Shown here piece after piece: positions 57,678 to 64,000 of a stretch of DNA of 64,000 bases. Numbering within the stretch: the stretch's first letter is position 1; each line of letters starts with the position of its first letter. Under the pieces are notes generated by a model. It was not told where the DNA came from and made no database searches. It worked only from the letters and a program-made list of their open reading frames with translations. The position numbers and the translations under genes were made by a program. The stretch is from an uncultured Gemmatimonadales bacterium (lineage in GTDB: Bacteria > Gemmatimonadota > Gemmatimonadetes > Longimicrobiales > RSA9), in the NCBI GenBank assembly GCA_963708135.1, contig OY970192.1:960001-1024000 (forward strand). The letters run 5' to 3'.

Positions 57678-59102
57678 ATGACGAACGCGACCCAGATCAT
57701 GGCGGCGTTCCGCGAGATGATCGCGAACAAGAACCTGTCCACGGCGGACCTCCACGATCTCATCAAGGACGGGATCATGGCGGCACTCGGGCGCCGCTAC
57801 GGCCCGAACGTGGCCGCCGAGATCGAGATCAGCGAGGACGGCGGCGAGATGCGCATCGTCGTCCTGAAGGAGGTCGTCGAGGAGGTCGAGGATTCCTCGC
57901 GCCAGATCTCGCTCGAGGAGGCCCGCTGGGACGACCCCGACTTCCAGCCGGGGGACGTGCTGGAGATCCCCGTCGATTTCGCGGACTTCGGCCGCAACGC
58001 CGTCATGGCCGCAAAGCAGCGGATCATCCAGCGCGTGCGCGAGGGCGAGCGCAACAAGATCCGCGACGAGTACGCGGACAGGGTCGGAGAGCTGCTCTCG
58101 GGCGAGGTGCAGCAGGTCGAGCGCGGCAAGATCGTCGTGATGCTGAACAAGACGCGCGACGCCGACGCCATCATCCCGTGGAAGGAGCAGAACCCGCGGG
58201 AGCGGTTCCGGCAGGGCGAGCCGATCCGAGCGGTGCTGAAGCGAGTGGAGGAGACGCCCAAGGGGCCGCGCCTGATCCTCTCGCGCGCCGCGCCGGAGTT
58301 CGTAGCGGCGCTCTTCAGGCTGGAGGTCCCCGAGATCTACCAGGGCATCGTGGACATCAAGGACATCGCGCGCGAGGTCGGCGGCCGCACGAAGCTCGCA
58401 GTCTCCTCGCGGGACGAGTCGATCGACCCCGTCGGCGCCTGCGTCGGCCTCAAGGGCTCGCGCGTGCAGGCGGTGGTCAGCGAGCTGGGTGGCGAGCGCA
58501 TCGACATCGTGCCGTGGCACCCGGATCCGGAGATCTATGCGCGGCGGGCGCTGTCTCCCGCCAAGGTCGCCAAGGTGATCAGCGACTCGGCGCGGCGTGT
58601 CATTACGGCCATCGTGGACGAGGACCAGCTCTCGCTCGCCATCGGCCGCAACGGACAGAACGTTCGCCTTGCCAGCCAGCTCATCGGCTGGCAGATCGAC
58701 CTCTACGGCAGCCGTGAGTGGCTCGAGCGCGGCGCGGATGCGGCGCTGTTCGGCGGCGGAGAGCCGGAATACGAGGTCGCGGACTTCCCCATCACCGAGC
58801 TGTCGATTGCGCCGGCCATACTGGCCGCGTTGCAGAACGCGGGGTATAATACCTTTCTGGATATCATCGACCTCGATCGCGACGACCTGCTGAAGGTGCC
58901 CGGCATCGAGGCCGAGCAGGCGGACGAGGTGCTCCGCGTGATCGACGAGCTCACGGTCGAGGAGGGCGAGTCCGAAGCGGCGCCGGCCGGCGCCGGGCCG
59001 AGCGAGGCGGAGCTGGCCGACGCACGACAGGTCGCGGCCGAGATTCTCGGCTTGAGCCTGCCGGGCGCAGCGGGGTCGAAGGAGGATGAGAGCGCCGGCT
59101 GA
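57678..59102 (+). CDS. nusA: Transcription termination factor NusA
   Basis: FGRNAVMAAKQ, IDPVGACVGLKGSRV, SLAIGRNGQNVRLA. Confidence 0.98.
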   Translation: MTNATQIMAAFREMIANKNLSTADLHDLIKDGIMAALGRRYGPNVAAEIEISEDGGEMRIVVLKEVVEEVEDSSRQISLEEARWDDPDFQPGDVLEIPVDFADFGRNAVMAAKQRIIQRVREGERNKIRDEYADRVGELLSGEVQQVERGKIVVMLNKTRDADAIIPWKEQNPRERFRQGEPIRAVLKRVEETPKGPRLILSRAAPEFVAALFRLEVPEIYQGIVDIKDIAREVGGRTKLAVSSRDESIDPVGACVGLKGSRVQAVVSELGGERIDIVPWHPDPEIYARRALSPAKVAKVISDSARRVITAIVDEDQLSLAIGRNGQNVRLASQLIGWQIDLYGSREWLERGADAALFGGGEPEYEVADFPITELSIAPAILAALQNAGYNTFLDIIDLDRDDLLKVPGIEAEQADEVLRVIDELTVEEGESEAAPAGAGPSEAELADARQVAAEILGLSLPGAAGSKEDESAG

Positions 59103-59436
59103 GGCGGCCCTCCGCCTGCTCGGACTGGCCGCGCGCGGCGGCCGGGTGCATCCCGGCACGGAACGCGTCCGGGAAGCGGTCCGGCGGGGCGGTGTCCAGC
59201 ACGTGCTGATCGCGGCGGACGCGTCCGCCAACGCCCGGGACAAGCTGCTTCCGCTGCTTGCGGCGAGGCATGTGCCTCACACGATCGCGTTCGATCGCGC
59301 GCGCCTCGGCGCCGCCGTCGGGCGCGCTCCACTGAGCGCCGTCGGCGTGGCCGACGCGGCGCTGGCGGCCAGAATCCAGGAATTGTTCGACGGAGTCGCT
59401 GGAGCGGAACGCCGCACCTGGGCGGGGGGGCGGTGA
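59086..59436 (+). CDS. L7Ae/YlxQ family RNA-binding protein
   Basis: LLGLAARGG, IAADAS, LGAAVGR; lies between nusA and infB. Confidence 0.85.
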   Translation: MRAPAEAALRLLGLAARGGRVHPGTERVREAVRRGGVQHVLIAADASANARDKLLPLLAARHVPHTIAFDRARLGAAVGRAPLSAVGVADAALAARIQELFDGVAGAERRTWAGGR

Positions 59437-59469
59437 ATCGTAGTTTTTTCAGAGGTGGTACGAAACGGT

Positions 59470-62202
59470 ATGCGCGTCTACGAGGCAGCGAAGGAATTCA
59501 ACATCACGGCGGAGCAGCTGATCCAGTTGCTGCGCGGGATGGGTGTGCAGGTCCGCACGGAGGCGTCCACGGTCGATGCTGCCGCGGTGGCCAAGATCCG
59601 CGCGCGCTTCGAGCGGGAGCGCCGGGTCGGCCACATGGACGCCGGCGAGGCGATCGAGGCCGTCATGGAGGACGCGCAGGAGACGCGTCGCCGCCGGCGT
59701 CGCCGCACGGCGCAGGAGGTGGCGGCCGCGCGCGCCGAGGCCGAGGCGACGGAGGTCGCGGAGACCGAGGCGGAGGTGGGCTCGACGGCCGATGTGGTGG
59801 CCGACGCGGCGGATGCGCTGGCGGCCCAGGCGGCGGAGTGGGCCGCGGACCGGGGTGCCGATCTGGTGACGAAGGGCGGCGAGGAGCCGACCGGGAAGAC
59901 GATCTTCGTCGAGAGCCCCGGGATGGAGGCAGAGCCGGAAGAGGAGGCGGAGGAGGAGGAAGAGGGGGTTGCCGCGGAGGCGGCGGAGGCCGGTCCGGTC
60001 GCCGAAGGGGTGGAGGTGGGGGCCGAGGAGGAGGAGGAGGTCGAAGGCGAGGAGCCGGAGGCGCCCACAGAGGCACAGCCGGCGGCGGCTGCGATCAAGC
60101 CGTCGGATCGGCCGCGGCTGCGGCGGGCGGCCGAGGTGCTCAGCCGGCAGCGGCCGGCGGCGCCCGCGCCGGCGGCGAGTGCGGCGCCGGGCGGGCAGGT
60201 GCGCATCCAGGCCGAGGGCTTCACGCCCGATGGACGGCGCAAGAAGGAGAAGGGCAAGAAGAAGAAGCGGCGCGTCGACCAGGAAGCGGTGCAGGAGAAC
60301 ATTGCGCGCACCATGGCGGAGATGAAATCCGGCGGCAAGAAGCGCCGGCACCGCCGTGAGGAGGCGCCGAGCCGCGTGGAGCGGGAGGCGGAGCGCCTGC
60401 GCAGCGAGGCGGAGGCCGCCCAGCAGGTCCGGGTGAACGAGTTCCTGACGCCGGCGGAGCTCGCGGAGCTGATCGACCGCAGCCCGACGGAGATCGTGGC
60501 GAGCGCCTTCAAGAATCTGGGGCTGATGGTCACGATCAACCAGCGGCTGGATTTCGACCAGATCGAGCTGCTGCTGGACGAGTTCGGGTTCCAGGCGGTC
60601 CGTGAGGAGGAGTACGGCGCGGAGGTCGAAGAAGACCTGGAGGTCGAGGAGACGGCGGAGGACCTGGTCCCGCGGCCGGCGGTGGTGACCGTGATGGGTC
60701 ACGTGGACCACGGCAAGACGTCGCTGCTCGACCACATCCGCAAGACGAACGTGATCGCGGGCGAGGCGGGCGGCATCACGCAGCACATCGGTGCCTACCA
60801 CGTCAAGCTGGCGGACGGCCGCTCGCTGTCCTTCCTGGACACGCCGGGGCACGCGGCGTTCACCGCGATGCGCGCCCGCGGCGCGGAAGTGACCGACATC
60901 GTGATCCTGGTGGTGGCGGCGGACGACTCGGTCATGCCGCAGACGATCGAGGCGATCAGCCACGCGAAGAACGCGGGCGTGCCGCTGGTGGTCGCGGTGA
61001 ACAAGACAGACCTGCCGGGCGCGAACCCGACGCGGGTCAAGCAGGAGCTGCTGAATCACGGTGTGGTGGTGGAGGAGTTTGGCGGCGAGGTGCTGAGCGC
61101 CGACGTGAGCGCGAAGAAGGGCACCGGGATTCAGGACCTGATCGACAAGATCCTGCTGCAGGCGGAGATGCTGGACCTCAGGGCGAATCCGCATCGGCAC
61201 GCGCAGGGCACGGTGATCGAGGCGCAGCTCGACGTCGGCAAGGGTCCCGTGGCGACGGTGCTCGTGACGAACGGCACGCTGCGCGTCGGCGACGCGTTCG
61301 TGTGCGGCCTCTACGACGGCCGCGTGCGCGCGCTGCTGGACGAGCGGGGCAACCACATCGAGGAGGTCGGCCCCGGCGAGCCGGCGCAGATCCTCGGCAT
61401 CTCGGGCGTGCCACAGGCGGGGGACGCGCTCGTGGCCATGGACGCGGACCGCGCCTCCGAGATCTCGCAGACGCGGCAGCGGCTGGACCGCGAGAAGCAG
61501 CTGCGGATCAAGAGCCGCGGCGTGAAGCTGACCGACATCAGCAAGCTGCTGGCGGAGGGCGAGACGGCGCAGCTGAACCTCGTCATCAAGGGCGATGTGG
61601 ATGGCTCGGTGCAGGCCCTGTCGGACGCGCTCGAGCAGCTGTCCACGGGCGAGGTGCAGGTGCAGGTGATCCACCGCGCGGTGGGCGCCATCAACGAGTC
61701 GGACGTGCTGCTCGCCACCACGGCCGGCGCGATCATCATCGGCTTCCACGTGCGTCCCGACACGAACGCCCGAAACGTGGCCGTCCGCGAGGGCGTCGAT
61801 ATCCGCCTCTACGATATCATCTACGAGGCGGTCGAGGACGTCCGCAACGCGCTCGAGGGGCTGCTCCAGCCGGGGGAGAAGGAGGTCCTCCTGGGCGTGG
61901 CCGAGGTGCGGCAGCTCTTCAAGGTGCCGCGGATCGGTACGGTGGCCGGCTGCTACGTGCAGGAGGGGATCATCGACCGACGGGCGCGCATCCGCGTGGT
62001 GCGCAATGCCGTGCAGGTCTACGAGGGCGAGCTGGCCAGCCTCAAGCGCTTCAAGGATGATGTCCGCGAGGTGCGCGAGGGTTTCGAGTGCGGCCTCAAC
62101 ATCGCCGGCTACAACGACCTCAAGATCGGCGACAGCATCGAGTGCTATCGCGTCGAGGAGTTCGCCCGCACGCTGGCCGGCGCCGCCGGCGAGGGGGCCT
62201 GA
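59470..62202 (+). CDS. infB: Translation initiation factor IF-2
   Basis: [52 protein letters not shown]. Confidence 0.98.
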   Translation: MRVYEAAKEFNITAEQLIQLLRGMGVQVRTEASTVDAAAVAKIRARFERERRVGHMDAGEAIEAVMEDAQETRRRRRRRTAQEVAAARAEAEATEVAETEAEVGSTADVVADAADALAAQAAEWAADRGADLVTKGGEEPTGKTIFVESPGMEAEPEEEAEEEEEGVAAEAAEAGPVAEGVEVGAEEEEEVEGEEPEAPTEAQPAAAAIKPSDRPRLRRAAEVLSRQRPAAPAPAASAAPGGQVRIQAEGFTPDGRRKKEKGKKKKRRVDQEAVQENIARTMAEMKSGGKKRRHRREEAPSRVEREAERLRSEAEAAQQVRVNEFLTPAELAELIDRSPTEIVASAFKNLGLMVTINQRLDFDQIELLLDEFGFQAVREEEYGAEVEEDLEVEETAEDLVPRPAVVTVMGHVDHGKTSLLDHIRKTNVIAGEAGGITQHIGAYHVKLADGRSLSFLDTPGHAAFTAMRARGAEVTDIVILVVAADDSVMPQTIEAISHAKNAGVPLVVAVNKTDLPGANPTRVKQELLNHGVVVEEFGGEVLSADVSAKKGTGIQDLIDKILLQAEMLDLRANPHRHAQGTVIEAQLDVGKGPVATVLVTNGTLRVGDAFVCGLYDGRVRALLDERGNHIEEVGPGEPAQILGISGVPQAGDALVAMDADRASEISQTRQRLDREKQLRIKSRGVKLTDISKLLAEGETAQLNLVIKGDVDGSVQALSDALEQLSTGEVQVQVIHRAVGAINESDVLLATTAGAIIIGFHVRPDTNARNVAVREGVDIRLYDIIYEAVEDVRNALEGLLQPGEKEVLLGVAEVRQLFKVPRIGTVAGCYVQEGIIDRRARIRVVRNAVQVYEGELASLKRFKDDVREVREGFECGLNIAGYNDLKIGDSIECYRVEEFARTLAGAAGEGA

Positions 62203-62233
62203 GGACGGCGAGGCCGGGGGCGCGGAGGGCGGG

Positions 62234-62515
62234 GTGGTGATCGGCACGATCGCATGGCAGCTCGAGATCCTGGGCTGCCAGTCCCTCAAGGAGAAGCGCT
62301 CGGTCGTCAAGAGCCTGAAGGACCGGCTGCACCAGCGCTTCAACGTCTCCGTAGCGGAGACGGCGCACCAGGATCTGTGGCAGCGGGCGGAGCTCGTCGC
62401 ATGCGTCGTGGCGGGCGAGCGACGTCACGCGGAGTCCGTCCTCGAGAGCGCGGACCGGCTCGTCGCGTCGGAGTACCGGGCCCGCGTGATCGACAGCAGG
62501 CGGGAGCTCTTCTGA
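62234..62515 (+). CDS. DUF503/YlxP family protein
   Basis: SLKEKRSVVKSL...RFNVSVAE...DLWQRA. Confidence 0.9.
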   Translation: MVIGTIAWQLEILGCQSLKEKRSVVKSLKDRLHQRFNVSVAETAHQDLWQRAELVACVVAGERRHAESVLESADRLVASEYRARVIDSRRELF

Positions 62516-62549
62516 GACGGCGGCCGTGAGCGATACACGGCCGCCGTCT
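62515..62549. repeat. Perfect 14-bp inverted repeat (hairpin)
   Basis: AGACGGCGGCCGTG-agcgata-CACGGCCGCCGTCT. Confidence 0.7.
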
Positions 62550-62611
62550 TGCATCGGCGGCGAGCCGGCGCGCGGCGCCGGCCGGACGGAAAACCGGGAA
62601 GGGGAGCGGAG

Positions 62612-63016
62612 ATGCCGGGTCGCCGGATCGAGCGGTTGAACGAGCAGTTCCGGCGGGAGGTCATCGACATCCTGCGGGGCAGCGTGAAGGATCCGCGCGT
62701 GGGCACCGTGACCGTCACCGGCGCGCGCGTGGCGCCCGACCTCACGCTCGCCCGGATCTTCATCTCCGTGCCCGGCGACGACGCGGAGTTGCTGGCCGGT
62801 CTCGCGGCGGCCACTCCCTTCATCCGCGGCGAGCTCGGGCGACGGCTGAGGATCCGGCGCGTGCCCGAGCTTCGCTTCGAGGTTGACCGTTCGCTGGAGC
62901 AGGCCATGCGCATCGAGGAGCTCCTGCACGAAGCCCGCGGGCAGGGCGGCGGAGCGGAGGAGGAGGCGCCCGACGACGCGCCCGGGGACGCGGACGCGGA
63001 GCGCGATGAGCCCTAG
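62612..63016 (+). CDS. rbfA: 30S ribosome-binding factor A
   Basis: RRIERLNE, VKDPR, DLTLARI, RRVPELRF..D.S. Confidence 0.96.
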   Translation: MPGRRIERLNEQFRREVIDILRGSVKDPRVGTVTVTGARVAPDLTLARIFISVPGDDAELLAGLAAATPFIRGELGRRLRIRRVPELRFEVDRSLEQAMRIEELLHEARGQGGGAEEEAPDDAPGDADAERDEP

Positions 63017-63893
63017 CCCCGCCGACGGCGTGCTCCCGGTGGACAAGCCGGTGGGTCCCACGTCTCACGACATCGTGGACGCGGCGCGGCGGGCCCTCGG
63101 GACCCGACGCGTCGGCCACACCGGAACGCTGGATCCGTTCGCCTCGGGACTGCTCCTCCTGTGCGTCGAGCGCGCCACCCGTCTGGCCGAATACCTCTCG
63201 GGGCTGCCGAAGACCTACATCGCGACGGTACGCCTCGGCACCACGACCGACACCGACGACCGCACCGGCGAGACCATGTCCACGTCCGAGGGGTGGCGCG
63301 AGCTGGATGGCCGGAGCGTCGAGCAGGCGCTCGCCGGCTTCGTGGGACCGCTCCGGCAGGTGCCGCCCGCCTACTCGGCCAAGAAGGTGGGCGGCGAGCG
63401 AATGTACCGGCGTGCCCGCCGCGGCGAGCGGGTCGAGCTCGCCCCCGTCGCCGTGCAGATCCACCGCATCGAGGTGCTCGGACTCGATCTCCCCGATGTG
63501 GAGTTCGAGGTGGAGTGCTCGAGCGGCACCTACGTCCGGGCGCTGGCCAGGGACCTGGGCGAGGCGCTCGGCACCGGCGCCCACCTGACCGCGCTGCGGC
63601 GGACGCGCATCGGACCGCATGACGTGGCCGGCGCAGTGCCTGCGGATGCCCTCGGCAGCGCCGTAACGGTCGGCCGCGCCTGGCTCTCGCCGGCGGTCGC
63701 TCTCGCCCACCTCCCCGCCGCCGAGGTGGATGCGGGGGCCGCCGCCGAGATCGTCCACGGAGCGGCCGTGGATGCGCCGGAAGGGACGCCCGCCAGCGGG
63801 ATCGTCGCCGTCACCCACGCGGGATCGCTCCTGGCCGTGGCCGAGGCCGCCGGCGGCCTGCTCCACCCGCGCAAGGTGTTCCCCCGTGCGTGA
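63006..63893 (+). CDS. truB: tRNA pseudouridine(55) synthase
   Basis: DKPVGPTSHD, GHTGTLDPFASG, PPAYSA, CSSGTYVR. Confidence 0.97.
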   Translation: MSPSPADGVLPVDKPVGPTSHDIVDAARRALGTRRVGHTGTLDPFASGLLLLCVERATRLAEYLSGLPKTYIATVRLGTTTDTDDRTGETMSTSEGWRELDGRSVEQALAGFVGPLRQVPPAYSAKKVGGERMYRRARRGERVELAPVAVQIHRIEVLGLDLPDVEFEVECSSGTYVRALARDLGEALGTGAHLTALRRTRIGPHDVAGAVPADALGSAVTVGRAWLSPAVALAHLPAAEVDAGAAAEIVHGAAVDAPEGTPASGIVAVTHAGSLLAVAEAAGGLLHPRKVFPRA

Positions 63894-64000
63894 TGCCGCC
63901 CTCGATCTCACCGTTCCGCCCGGGGTGCCCGACACCCCCGACGGCGCGGTGGTGACCGTCGGCACTTTCGACGGCATCCACCGCGGCCACTGGGCCGTGC
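63886..64000 (+). CDS. ribF: Riboflavin kinase/FAD synthetase (5' part only)
   Basis: VVTVGTFDGIHRGH, downstream of truB. Confidence 0.88.
   Translation, partial: MRDAALDLTVPPGVPDTPDGAVVTVGTFDGIHRGHWAV

Noticed and set aside
59690..60300. Repetitive GAG/GCG-rich DNA
   Set aside because: It encodes the acidic low-complexity N-terminal region of IF-2.
1..64000. CRISPR arrays, tRNA/rRNA genes, prophage or defence islands
   Set aside because: None recognised by eye; intergenic gaps are short and show no repeat-spacer or cloverleaf pattern.

Overview
A very GC-rich chromosomal segment that is mostly housekeeping. Gene content and order suggest Gemmatimonadota (inference only). In order: a partial bshB1-like deacetylase at the end of a MacAB-TolC-type efflux operon; a creatininase-family gene, a large sensor kinase, degP, a PLP decarboxylase, comM/yifB, lspA, larE, thpR, a sigma-54 response regulator, an aldehyde dehydrogenase, lepB and a sigma-70 factor; rplM-rpsI-rpsB-tsf-pyrH-frr-uppS-cdsA-dxr-rseP; a response regulator/manC/glmU-like/MBL operon; serS, a kinase, pcrA and gatCAB; a P-II-like/antiporter/nitrilase/NadE-like operon; murA, an IS630 element, a pgeF operon; and rimP-nusA-infB-rbfA-truB-ribF. 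Signals the ORF track misses: (1) an OsmC/Ohr-family gene with an in-frame TGA at the catalytic Cys position and a SECIS-like hairpin after it (probable selenoprotein), coupled to a small Cys-rich ORF and pgeF; (2) an IS630 inserted in the murA stop codon that regenerates TAG, with a -1 frameshift transposase; (3) a probable CTG start for pcrA; (4) a short 6S-RNA-like element; (5) two adjacent frameshifted NAD-synthetase-related genes; (6) MurA with Asp at the fosfomycin-target Cys. No CRISPR array, rRNA or tRNA was recognised.
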